Shown in pieces: positions 9,805-19,352 of a stretch of DNA of 64,000 nt. The stretch's first letter is position 1. Each line of letters opens with the position of its first letter. The position numbers and the translations under genes are program-made. Origin of the DNA: Berkelbacteria bacterium GW2011_GWE1_39_12. GTDB lineage: Bacteria > Patescibacteriota > UBA1384 > UBA12157. The notes beneath the pieces were generated by a model, which had not been told where the DNA came from, made no database searches, and saw nothing but the letters and a program-made list of their open reading frames with translations. Where the stretch lies: contig CP011213.1 of the NCBI GenBank assembly GCA_001029735.1, positions 848,298 to 912,297 of the forward strand, read 5' to 3'.

Positions 9805-12225
9805 TCATTCTATCACAATATTAACGATTTTTAAAGGGATGTAGACGGTTTTAATTACTCTCGACTCCGATATCGCTGATTTGATTTTTTCGGTTGATTT
9901 TGCCAAGTTTAAGATCTCCTCTTCGCTCATGTCCGAGTTTATTTCAATGATATCTCTTACTTTTCCGTTAATCTGAATAGGAAGCTTAATTTTTTCTTCA
10001 CTTAGGATTTCTTCGTTAAAGGCCGGCCAAGTTTCCGCGAATACCGATTTATCTTTTCCTAAAATCTGCCACAATTCTTCTGATAAATGAGGAAAAAACG
10101 GCGATAAAAGTATCGCTATTCTTTCAGCGTTCTGTTTAGATAAATTGTTATTTTTAGATAGGTGATTAAATAATTCCATTAAATGACTAATAGCAGTGTT
10201 TGGGTGAACTGATTCAATCTCTAAAGTAACAGTCTTAATGGTTTTTTCCACTAGCGGATCGACGTCGGCAGAATCTATTAATTCACTATTATAAATATTC
10301 CAAACTTTTTCCAAGAAACGATAAACTCCACTAATGCCCTGAACTTGCCATTCACTGTCTAAATCGGCCGGGCCGATAAACATTTCATAGCCTCTCAAGG
10401 CATCAGTGCCATATTTTTCAATTAATTCGTCCGGTGAAACTACATTGCCTTTAGACTTACTCATTTTGGCACCATGAAGATAAATCATTCCAATGTTAAA
10501 TAAACGCTTAAACGGCTCGCCTTTATCATCATAGTCTATGATTCCTAATTTCGTTAATGCTTTACTAATGAAACGGGCGTAAAGCAAGTGCAAGACTGCA
10601 TGTTCAATTCCACCAAAATAGAAATCGACCGGAAGCCAGTAATTGACTTTGTCTTTATCGGCAAATGAATTTGCGTTTGTTGGATCGGCATATCGAAGAT
10701 AGTACCACGAAGAACAGACAAAAGTATCCATCGTGTCAGTTTCGCGTGTGGCTTGACCGCCACATGAAGGACATTTTGTATATAAAAATTTCTTAGATTC
10801 TTTTAATGGAGATTTGCCATGTGGCTTAAATTCCACATCATCTGGCAATTCAATCGGCAGCTGATCTTCAAGCACAGGCATCTCACCACATTTATCACAA
10901 TAAACAATCGGTATTGGAGCGCCCCAATAACGTTGGCGAGAAATCAACCAATCACGGATTTTGTATTGTGTCGAACGGTAGCCTAATTCCTTCTTCTCGA
11001 TGTAGTCTATCGATTTCTCTTTGGCTGCAATCCATTTCATGCCTTTCAGCTCTTCGGGCAACTGTAGAATACCTTCCGGATCCCGGCCGTAATATATTTC
11101 TAATTTTTCAACTTTTTCCGCCCGAATTGAATCTTTTGGCAGCATAGCAGTATTTAGCGGGATATCGTATTTCTTTGCAAAGTTAAAATCTCGCTCATCA
11201 TGAGCGCTGCAGTTTACAATGCCCGTTCCGTAATCAGACAAAACATATGACGCTACCCAAATCGGCAAGTCGCCGGTCCCAAAAGGATTATCAACGTAAC
11301 GTCCGGTAAATATTCCTTCAAGATCTTTATCAACATCAAATTTGTTTTGCAATTTCTTCTTGTTGATTTTTTCGACAAAATCCATCACAGGTTTCTCATG
11401 CTCCGTGCCTTCAACAAGCTTCTTCAACAATGGGTGATCTGGAGCAATAACAGCAAATGTCTGTGCAATAAATGTTTGGGGAACGGAATCGTAGACTTCA
11501 AAACTAATATTTAGATCTTTAACCTTTTCACGGAAAATCACACCCTCGGATTTACCGATCCAGTTGCGCTGTAAAGCCTTGGTTCTTTCTGGCCAATCAA
11601 GACCATCTAAATCCTCTAATAAATCGTCGGCAAAATCTGTTATTTTAAAGAACCATTGAGTCAAATCCTTATTAATGACCTGAGAGCCACAACGCTCACA
11701 TTCACCAGAAACAACTTGTTCATTAGCCAAAACTGTTTGGCATGATGGACACCAGTTGACCGGTGCTTTTTTGCGATAAGCGAGACCGTTTTTGTATAGC
11801 TGCAAAAAGATCCATTGAGTCCATTTATAATAACTCGGGTCCGAAGTATTAATTTCTCTTGACCAATCAATCATAGTTCCAATTTGCTTAATTTGACGGC
11901 GAATATTATTAATTGCTTCTTTAGTGTAAATCGATGGATGTGATTGATTCTTTATGGCAGCGTTTTCGGCAGGTAATCCAAAAGCGTCCCAACCCATCGG
12001 ATGAAGAATATTTTTGCCATTTAATAATTGATATCTTGCAACGACATCAGAGAGCACATAACCACGCCAATGGCCAACATGAAGACCGCTACCGGAAGGG
12101 TAGGGGAACATGTCCAAGCAATAAAATTTTGGTTTATCAGGATTTTCTTCTGACTTATACATGCCTGATTCTTCCCAAATCTTCTGCCACTTTATTTCAA
12201 TTTCTTGAGGATTATATTTATTCAT
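9805..12225 (-). CDS. leuS: Leucine-tRNA ligase
   Basis: MFPYPSG.GLHVGH, GWDAFGLPAENAA, KMSKSKGN; start taken at ATG 12225. Confidence 0.97.
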   Translation of the reverse strand: MNKYNPQEIEIKWQKIWEESGMYKSEENPDKPKFYCLDMFPYPSGSGLHVGHWRGYVLSDVVARYQLLNGKNILHPMGWDAFGLPAENAAIKNQSHPSIYTKEAINNIRRQIKQIGTMIDWSREINTSDPSYYKWTQWIFLQLYKNGLAYRKKAPVNWCPSCQTVLANEQVVSGECERCGSQVINKDLTQWFFKITDFADDLLEDLDGLDWPERTKALQRNWIGKSEGVIFREKVKDLNISFEVYDSVPQTFIAQTFAVIAPDHPLLKKLVEGTEHEKPVMDFVEKINKKKLQNKFDVDKDLEGIFTGRYVDNPFGTGDLPIWVASYVLSDYGTGIVNCSAHDERDFNFAKKYDIPLNTAMLPKDSIRAEKVEKLEIYYGRDPEGILQLPEELKGMKWIAAKEKSIDYIEKKELGYRSTQYKIRDWLISRQRYWGAPIPIVYCDKCGEMPVLEDQLPIELPDDVEFKPHGKSPLKESKKFLYTKCPSCGGQATRETDTMDTFVCSSWYYLRYADPTNANSFADKDKVNYWLPVDFYFGGIEHAVLHLLYARFISKALTKLGIIDYDDKGEPFKRLFNIGMIYLHGAKMSKSKGNVVSPDELIEKYGTDALRGYEMFIGPADLDSEWQVQGISGVYRFLEKVWNIYNSELIDSADVDPLVEKTIKTVTLEIESVHPNTAISHLMELFNHLSKNNNLSKQNAERIAILLSPFFPHLSEELWQILGKDKSVFAETWPAFNEEILSEEKIKLPIQINGKVRDIIEINSDMSEEEILNLAKSTEKIKSAISESRVIKTVYIPLKIVNIVIE

Positions 12226-12443
12226 ATAAATTCCGCGCCCGAAGGGCAATAATTCATGAGATTTTCAATAATTATTATTTTTTTAGCTAATCTAATGTTA
12301 ATATAGCATATTTTACTCCTTACTTAAAGCCTATATCAACAGTGATAGCTTCATAAAATCCAAACAAATTTCTGTAAACTTTTCCAAGCGCAAGTCGAGA
12401 CCGTCGGGATTACTACGCATCATAACTTCATCTTTTCATTCAC

Positions 12444-13235
12444 TTATGCCAGTTCCTCGCTAGCATCAAAGCCGTCAAACACTTTCTGATCCAACTCATC
12501 GTAGGCCTGCTTTAACAGAGTTAAATCAATTTGGCTCTCATCGCTAAGATGCCCATTTATTTCCAAAAGGAAACGATTCATTTCCTTAAAATTATCTGAT
12601 TGCAACTTGCACCTTGTACTATAGCTTTTAAGATCAGAATCCGAGTATAACTCTGTTGCGTAAATATCCCCCAATATTATTTGTCCTTTTTTGGTATCCT
12701 TATCCATTATGACAAAAAATACATCATTTCGAGCAATGCATCCTTTAGTTACCAATTGCTTAAAAATATCCGAAGCATTCTGACTTAATTCTTCTTTATT
12801 CGATAATTCAAACTTAGCATCATTCTGAAAGTATTTACCGGCTCTGCCAAAATAACTTTCCCAGTCCATATTACTAATAACTTCGTTTTTACCGCCTCGA
12901 GTTAGATCGGTCATGAAAAGTCGAGTATCGCCATCAACTTCACCTATCCTCATGGTTGGAATTGTCGGCAAGTGTCTTCTTTTTAATTCCGCATGTTTTT
13001 CTAAAAGTATTTTAACATGCCCTTCTACATCGTGTTTGCCAAGCATGCCTTCAGTATGAAATATTTTCTGAGCCAACTGCACTTCTTTTTGTCTTCCTCC
13101 AGAGCCAGAAATCATGCCCTCAACACAAACAACGTCGCCCTCTAATAACCCAGTCCCAAGGACTTCCGGTTTTTCTTCTCCAACCGCATCAAAATTTATT
13201 GGTTGTTCTTTATCCGAACGAAATAATTCCGGCAT
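12444..13235 (-). CDS. Hypothetical protein, possible degenerate protein-kinase-like fold
   Basis: LGTG..EG, LAQKIF, LFMTDL and IILGD occur in kinase subdomain order; no clear HRD. Confidence 0.5.
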   Translation of the reverse strand: MPELFRSDKEQPINFDAVGEEKPEVLGTGLLEGDVVCVEGMISGSGGRQKEVQLAQKIFHTEGMLGKHDVEGHVKILLEKHAELKRRHLPTIPTMRIGEVDGDTRLFMTDLTRGGKNEVISNMDWESYFGRAGKYFQNDAKFELSNKEELSQNASDIFKQLVTKGCIARNDVFFVIMDKDTKKGQIILGDIYATELYSDSDLKSYSTRCKLQSDNFKEMNRFLLEINGHLSDESQIDLTLLKQAYDELDQKVFDGFDASEELA

Positions 13236-13371
13236 TTTTGCCTTTCTTGTTTGTGCTTACCTAGAATTAGTATAAGCGGCAAATATTAATTAGTCTAGGT
13301 TCTTATAAAATGAATAGTTAATTCAATCACAAATTATAGATTAGATCTTTAACAATTTCAAGAAAAGAAAA

Positions 13372-13403
13372 AGGGTGATCCGGTTTTAGCCATCGATCAC
13401 CCT
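13372..13403 (-). terminator. Intrinsic terminator downstream of the 13449-13823 ORF
   Basis: AGGGTGATC...GATCACCCT inverted repeat with adjacent A-run on + strand. Confidence 0.65.
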
Positions 13404-13448
13404 GCGATAAGTACTTCTATCAGTCAGTTTCACTATTGATTTCTGCAA

Positions 13449-13823
13449 CTATTTACAGCGTCGCCTTAGCACATAGCTGAGTGTTTGTGGCTGGAAGCGC
13501 GACCCTCCGTAGCTATAGTCACAAACATCTTCAAGTGAATTGTAACCAGAATCTGCGTATGCTACCAGAAGCACCCGTTGCGAAAGAGGCAAAGCCCGAC
13601 CCTTTTCTCTCAACTGTCGTACCAAAGCGATTGCACCTTCGACACTGGCGCTAATAAAGAACGCCCTAATAGTACTGGCCGCAACAGGCCAAGCCAATTC
13701 GACTCCGTGTAGTGTTTGGACAGAGACAATCTCTTCATTGGAAATACCATTATTATTAAGAAAGTCTCTTATCTCCTCAGCCTCTTTATCAATGCCCGTA
13801 GCAATAACAACCTTCGCTGACAT
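13449..13823 (-). CDS. Hypothetical protein, pseudo-receiver (CheY-like) fold candidate
   Basis: AGGAGG SD; beta-alpha pattern KVVIA...IRDFL...G.ALVRQLR...VLLVAY; no acidic pocket or phospho-Asp. Confidence 0.5.
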   Translation of the reverse strand: MSAKVVIATGIDKEAEEIRDFLNNNGISNEEIVSVQTLHGVELAWPVAASTIRAFFISASVEGAIALVRQLREKGRALPLSQRVLLVAYADSGYNSLEDVCDYSYGGSRFQPQTLSYVLRRRCK

Positions 13824-14023
13824 ATCCGCCTCCTGAATGACAGAGAATTATTGAAAGACGACTTTAGATATCGATTAAAACTATACCAAAAATAGGTCAA
13901 ATTATCAAGATATGAACAAGAAAATTATCTTAGAAGATATTAACAAAGAAGCGCATGTCGAAAAAGAGTTCCAAATATGCTAGGGTATATACAAAAAATC
14001 AGGTCTATAACCTGTTATTTTAA

Positions 14024-14098
14024 TGGTGGACCGTCGGGGACTCGAACCCCGGACCTCTTCCATGCCATGGAAGCATTCTACCACTGAACTAACGGCCC
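14024..14098 (-). tRNA. tRNA-Ala(GGC)
   Basis: Cloverleaf with G3:U70, anticodon arm CTTCC-ATGGCAT-GGAAG, TTCGA loop, encoded CCA. Confidence 0.97.
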
Positions 14099-14149
14099 CG
14101 ATATTAAAATGTTATCATATTATTACCGTTAATTCAACCTGTTACAAGA

Positions 14150-14644
14150 TTAAGTGATTTTATAGTAAACTTCTTTAACTAGTCTGGCATCATCTAAGGC
14201 GTTGTGCTGAATAAATTCACCTTTAATACCGAGTTTTTTAATATACTCTTTTTGATTCTCGTAATATTTATCAACGTCCAATCCTTTAACTACCATCAAC
14301 GTAGCAAGATCGATTGGCGGCCAACCATACGGAATATCATTTTCGCCAAAAAGTTTATGTAGATAAACCACATCGAATTGGTTAACAAAGGCCACTAGTA
14401 TTGGTTTACTGTCGCCAATAAACTCCTGAATCTTTTTGACAGCAAGCTCTTTGGAAATTTTTTCCTGTTTTAAAGTGGGCAGGATATTTTCTTTTACCCA
14501 TTCATTTGTTGGGCCGCTATAATCGATCTCGAAATATAGTTCTTCGCCTGTATCTTTAATAAAGCCAGCCGACAAGATCTCGCCGACATTTGGATTGAGA
14601 GAACTGAATTCCGTATCAAAAAAAATTAAATTTTCTTTGATCAT
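14150..14644 (-). CDS. DEDDh 3'-5' exonuclease family protein
   Basis: FFDTEF, FD..YL, HNALDDA motifs. Confidence 0.85.
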   Translation of the reverse strand: MIKENLIFFDTEFSSLNPNVGEILSAGFIKDTGEELYFEIDYSGPTNEWVKENILPTLKQEKISKELAVKKIQEFIGDSKPILVAFVNQFDVVYLHKLFGENDIPYGWPPIDLATLMVVKGLDVDKYYENQKEYIKKLGIKGEFIQHNALDDARLVKEVYYKIT

Positions 14645-15468
14645 TTCTTTTCTACATTAATTGCGCCGTCTGGACAGATTTGCATACATTTTCCGCAACC
14701 TATACACTTTTCCATATCGACAATCGGCATAGGGGTTCCTAAAAAGTTTAAATCCTTCGCAAAGGTAATAGCCTTAACCGGACAACTTAGTATACAAAGA
14801 GAGCAGCCCTTACAGTATTCTGGGAATCTTGTCCATTTAACTTTGTCATTTTCGAAACTTCTAACGGTTTCATCTGGACTTTTACCCGTCAAATGGTCAG
14901 AGCTTTCATAATTTTGCGCAAATTCAGCACCCATTTGCAGAGCTGAATTATTAAGCTCTTTTAGCTCAGGCTTTATCTTAATTTTAGCTGCTAATTCCAT
15001 CAAAACAGTATCCTGAAAATCTTGAAAACTTATATCTTTCAGCTGTGCTGACAAAACACCTAGAATAATAATGTTGGCAACTTTGGTTGAAAGTTTTTCG
15101 GAAGCAATGTTTTTAGCTGGTACAGCAACAAATCGTTTAATTTCAGCCTTTAATTCGTTAATATCTTTTTCGTAAATTTCTGCACTATCATAAATTACCA
15201 AAGAATTATCTGAAATAAAATTTTTGATTGTTTCGCACGATCTACTAGATAAAGTAACCACAAAATCAGCCTTTGAAAATCTAGGGTAGGGGATTGGCCG
15301 GCTGCTAACTTGAATATATGCAAGTGAAACACCGCCACGCTGTTCAACCCCAAAAGAAGGCAAGTATGAAACATTTTTCCCGGATTTTTTGGCGGCCTTC
15401 GTTAATATTTTGGCGATAGTTTGAACACCTTGTCCACCTTCTCCTGCTATGATAATTTTAGCTGGCAT
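14641..15468 (-). CDS. 2-oxoacid:ferredoxin oxidoreductase gamma subunit fused to delta (2x[4Fe-4S] ferredoxin)
   Basis: AGEGGQGV, SFGVEQRGG, NIIILG; C-terminal CKGCSLCILSCP and CIGCGKCMQICP. Confidence 0.9.
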   Translation of the reverse strand: MPAKIIIAGEGGQGVQTIAKILTKAAKKSGKNVSYLPSFGVEQRGGVSLAYIQVSSRPIPYPRFSKADFVVTLSSRSCETIKNFISDNSLVIYDSAEIYEKDINELKAEIKRFVAVPAKNIASEKLSTKVANIIILGVLSAQLKDISFQDFQDTVLMELAAKIKIKPELKELNNSALQMGAEFAQNYESSDHLTGKSPDETVRSFENDKVKWTRFPEYCKGCSLCILSCPVKAITFAKDLNFLGTPMPIVDMEKCIGCGKCMQICPDGAINVEKK

Positions 15469-15490
15469 TTATTTTCCTATCTAAAATTTG

Positions 15491-16237
15491 TTAAGCTAAT
15501 TTTTGCGGGCATTTGAATTCTCCTAACGGATAAACTTTTGTCATTTCTTTTTCACTAAAATCTAATGATTGCAAAGCGTCTGTATGCCAGTTAACTGGAC
15601 ACATTGAAATTATTTCTATAAAACTAAATCCGCGACCGTCAATTTGGTTCTGAAGCGCTTTGCGTATTTTAGTTTTACAATCAGCTATGTCAGTCGAAAT
15701 TGTTCTTGCGATATAGGAACCTTCTTGTGCGATTTCCGCCAACATCTCAGGCCCATGAATAGGTTTGCCGACTTTTTGCCAGTCCCTACCATTGGGCGCC
15801 GTTGTGGCTTTTTGCCCAACCAAAGTAGTCGGGGCCATTTGTCCGCCAGTCATGGCATAATTGGCATTGTTAATTAGTATTGCCGTAATCGGATCGTCGC
15901 GCATTGCTGCATTAATTAAATGCTGAGCACCAATTGCATAGCCGCCGCCATCACCCATAAAGGCAATAGTAATCGCCGATGGCTTAGCCAATTTAAACCC
16001 GACCATCGTTGGGACCACGCGTCCGTGATGAGTCTGAATAGTATCTATTTCAAACATATCCCAGGTAAGGAGTGAACAACCAATGTCACAGGCATAAACG
16101 GTTTTATCGGCAATTTGTAACTCGTCTATCACAAAACCAAGATTTTTTAAGGCTAAAGATTGGCCGCACCCAGGACAAAACTTATGAGGTTTTGAGGATT
16201 TCTTCCATGATTTTGGAAAGTTATTGTTTTCAGCCAT
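15491..16237 (-). CDS. 2-oxoacid:ferredoxin oxidoreductase beta subunit
   Basis: FCPGCG, DIGCS, HGR, TPP motif GDGG...NN..YAMTGGQ, SMCPVNW. Confidence 0.92.
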   Translation of the reverse strand: MAENNNFPKSWKKSSKPHKFCPGCGQSLALKNLGFVIDELQIADKTVYACDIGCSLLTWDMFEIDTIQTHHGRVVPTMVGFKLAKPSAITIAFMGDGGGYAIGAQHLINAAMRDDPITAILINNANYAMTGGQMAPTTLVGQKATTAPNGRDWQKVGKPIHGPEMLAEIAQEGSYIARTISTDIADCKTKIRKALQNQIDGRGFSFIEIISMCPVNWHTDALQSLDFSEKEMTKVYPLGEFKCPQKLA

Positions 16238-17300
16238 TCATCTCCTTTAAAAAATCTTTAACTCTCTCAACTATTTCATCTGGATTGATGCCGAGGGCCG
16301 GTTTTTTAATTGCCACCATTGGAATATTCTCGCCATAAAGATTTTCTTTGACCATTCTTTCAAATTGACCCAATGATGACTCAATAACAACAATTAACTT
16401 TTTTTTCTGAACAACTGATCGAAGAGTTTCAGAGGGAAAAGGATTAAGAGTGATTGGCCTAAATAAACCAACTTTTTCATCTTCACTTTTTAATATATCG
16501 ATCGCACATTTTGCGGAAATAGCTATATTACCATGAGCAACAATTACGATCTCGGCCCCCAAGGTTTGATAGTCATCGAACTCGACAATTTCGGATGTAA
16601 AACCATCGAAGGCCATCTTATGCTTCATCAGCAAGGTATTGAGCTCTGTTTCTAAATTATATGTATTTCTTAAATTTACACTACCTGAACTGTTATCCTC
16701 ACCAAGCAAATACGGTGCAGAAGAAACTCGTTCAATCTTTCTTTCTTCCAAACTATAAGTTTCGACTTCCGTAAGAGTCTTTGCGGAATATCCATCACCC
16801 AACACAAAAGCAGGGAAACGATACCTCCAAGCAGTATTAAAGGCTTTAATTGCATAATCGTACATTTCTTGCGGATTTCCAACTGAATAAACAATCCTCA
16901 AGCCTTCGCCATTACCACCAAAACATGTTAGGTTTAATTCTTGTTGCGAATATATAACTGTGCCTGTGGACGGACCACCGCGCTGATTAATAAAAACCAC
17001 AGTCGGCAGTCTCATACTTTCGGCCATAACAAGGGCATCTTGCATTAAAACATTACCTGGACCAGCCGTTGCCGAAAAAGTCTTTAGACCTGCCAAGACG
17101 CCACCAATCATAGAAAAACCTGCGGACATTTCGTCTTCAGTTTGTAAAAAGTTGAGGTTTGAATTTTTTGCTGCTTCTTCCGCCCAATTTTCCAAAATTT
17201 CGGTCGTTGGCGTAATAGGATAGCCAGTCATCATCTGGGCACCGCTTGCTAATGCGCCCTTTACGATTGCCTGATTACCGGTTAACAATTCCTTATTCAT
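16230..17300 (-). CDS. 2-oxoacid:ferredoxin oxidoreductase alpha subunit
   Basis: GNQAI, GYPITPTTEI, EDE, QRGGPSTG, LFRPITLNPFP. Confidence 0.92.
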   Translation of the reverse strand: MNKELLTGNQAIVKGALASGAQMMTGYPITPTTEILENWAEEAAKNSNLNFLQTEDEMSAGFSMIGGVLAGLKTFSATAGPGNVLMQDALVMAESMRLPTVVFINQRGGPSTGTVIYSQQELNLTCFGGNGEGLRIVYSVGNPQEMYDYAIKAFNTAWRYRFPAFVLGDGYSAKTLTEVETYSLEERKIERVSSAPYLLGEDNSSGSVNLRNTYNLETELNTLLMKHKMAFDGFTSEIVEFDDYQTLGAEIVIVAHGNIAISAKCAIDILKSEDEKVGLFRPITLNPFPSETLRSVVQKKKLIVVIESSLGQFERMVKENLYGENIPMVAIKKPALGINPDEIVERVKDFLKEMNG

Positions 17301-17358
17301 TTATTTTTTCCTAATGAGAAATTAAGAATCTTATTTATATTTCGAAGAAATTCCGCGA

Positions 17359-19350
17359 TCAGCTTGCTGATCTATACCTTGCGTCAACGCAAATGGCTCC
17401 ACCACTTGTCATTTTAACCGGATTCAAATCAAGCTCAATGATATTTGGAAAGTCGGTCATAATTTGACAAACTTCGATAATTATATTTTTGATACTCGAG
17501 AGATCGAAATTTTCTTTAATTAAAATTCTACCTATCTTCGTTTCCTTAATCATCTCCTCAAGATCATACTCTGTCAAGGGCATAATTTTTGTAGAAATAT
17601 CATCAATATCTTCAGTAAAAACACCGCCCCAGCCAAATGTAACGACCGTACCAAGTTTTTCTTCACGCTTTGCCCCTATGATTACTTCGAACGGAGAGTT
17701 GACCATTCTTTGAATCAAAACTGGGTAACCGACTTTTTCTACAGACTGCTTTAGATATGATTCACTTTGTACATCTAAAACGACTTTTCCGGCCTTAAAT
17801 TTATGTACAAACTTTTTGGAAATACATTTTACCGCTAATGGAAAGCCGATTCTTCCGGCGATTTTCATAACAACGTCGATATTTGTGGCTATCCCAGAAG
17901 GGGGGATGGGTATGTTATAATTCTCGAGAAGCTCCAAGGCGTCGATTTCTGGAATAGGACAGTTTTGAGAAGCGGTCATCTCGATAAATGATTTTGGATG
18001 AGAATTTTTTTCTTGATATTTAGTAACTTTAGCAATAGCTCTAACTGCATCTTCCGGCTCCTCAAAAAACGGAACCTTTTCTTTTCTGAGTATTTCAATT
18101 CCTTTTTTGACCATTTTATCACCGAGAAAAGACGCGACGATCACTTTGTTACTGGTTTTATATTTGGCTAAGACTTTAGCTGTTTCTTCAACCTCTGTCA
18201 TGGTTTGAGGTGTTAGCAATACCAATATTGATGAAATACTATCTTCTCCAATAAGGGCTCTTAAGCCTATTTCATAATCTTTAGCCAAGGCTTCGCCGGC
18301 CAAATCAAGCGGGTTCGAAATGGAACCAACTGGCGGAAGAGATTTTTTAAGTATACTGATGGTTTTTTCAGAAAGCGGCGGCATACGCAAACCAATTTTA
18401 CTGGCAACATCGGTACTTAAAATACCAGGCCCGCCCGCATTAGTTAATATAGCTAAATCTTTTTTATTTACCGCAGGTTCAGTGGCAAAAATTTGTAATA
18501 GATTGAGCATCTCTTTAATACTCTTGGCAACAATTAAATTACCTTGACTAAAAATCGCTTGGTCAATTTTTTCGGAAGTCACCATTGCCGCCGTGTGAGA
18601 AAAAGCGGCTACTGCGCCTTGCTTAGTAGTACCACCTTTCAAAATGATAATTGGCTTTTTTTCCGAAACTTTTCTAGCAACTTCAAAAAATCTTTTTGGA
18701 TTCGCAATATTTTCTAAATAAAGAGCGATAATCTTAGTTTCTTTATCTTCGCCAAGATATTCAATAATCTCTGATTCTTCTAGATCAGCCTTATTTCCTA
18801 AACTAATAAATTTTGAAAATCCAAACTCGTATGATTCGGCCATGTCAAGCAAGGCTACACCTAAAGCTCCCGATTGAAAAACCGCTGACACACTGCCTCT
18901 GGTAAGGCTTGGAGCAGCAAAGGTCGCATTTAAGTTACATTCACTGCTTATAATGCCAAGGCAATTCGGCCCGACGAGTCGTAGGGGAGAGGTTTTAATA
19001 ATAACATCTTTAATTTCTTCCTGAAGAATTTTTCCTTTTTCACCGATTTCCGAAAAACCTGCCGAGATTACCACTGCATAGCTAATATTTGCTGCCACAC
19101 ATTCTTGTAATACTTCCGGCACAATGTTCGCAGGAACCACGATAATTGCCAAATCGATTGTCTCGTTAATATCTTTTACTGTCCGGAAAGTTTCTAGACC
19201 TAGTATTTCATTAGCCGTCGGATTAATTGGAAAAATTTTACCTTTGTAACCATTGTTAATTATATTACCCAATACTTGGTAACCAAGTTTTTCTTTGTGC
19301 GGCGACGCACCAATAACTGCAATATTTCCTGGATTAAATAGTTTTTCCAC
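17359..19350 (-). CDS. ADP-forming acetate/acyl-CoA ligase, fused alpha+beta
   Basis: IAVIGAS CoA-binding, GPNCLG, QSGA, SLGNKAD, SHT phospho-His, NPLDL, ATP-grasp ELDLNP...VDAR. Confidence 0.9.
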   Translation of the reverse strand: MEKLFNPGNIAVIGASPHKEKLGYQVLGNIINNGYKGKIFPINPTANEILGLETFRTVKDINETIDLAIIVVPANIVPEVLQECVAANISYAVVISAGFSEIGEKGKILQEEIKDVIIKTSPLRLVGPNCLGIISSECNLNATFAAPSLTRGSVSAVFQSGALGVALLDMAESYEFGFSKFISLGNKADLEESEIIEYLGEDKETKIIALYLENIANPKRFFEVARKVSEKKPIIILKGGTTKQGAVAAFSHTAAMVTSEKIDQAIFSQGNLIVAKSIKEMLNLLQIFATEPAVNKKDLAILTNAGGPGILSTDVASKIGLRMPPLSEKTISILKKSLPPVGSISNPLDLAGEALAKDYEIGLRALIGEDSISSILVLLTPQTMTEVEETAKVLAKYKTSNKVIVASFLGDKMVKKGIEILRKEKVPFFEEPEDAVRAIAKVTKYQEKNSHPKSFIEMTASQNCPIPEIDALELLENYNIPIPPSGIATNIDVVMKIAGRIGFPLAVKCISKKFVHKFKAGKVVLDVQSESYLKQSVEKVGYPVLIQRMVNSPFEVIIGAKREEKLGTVVTFGWGGVFTEDIDDISTKIMPLTEYDLEEMIKETKIGRILIKENFDLSSIKNIIIEVCQIMTDFPNIIELDLNPVKMTSGGAICVDARYRSAS

Positions 19351-19352
19351 AA

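Noticed and set aside
13912-13983. 23-aa ORF MNKKIILEDINKEAHVEKEFQIC
   Set aside because: No SD, too short and no recognisable motif
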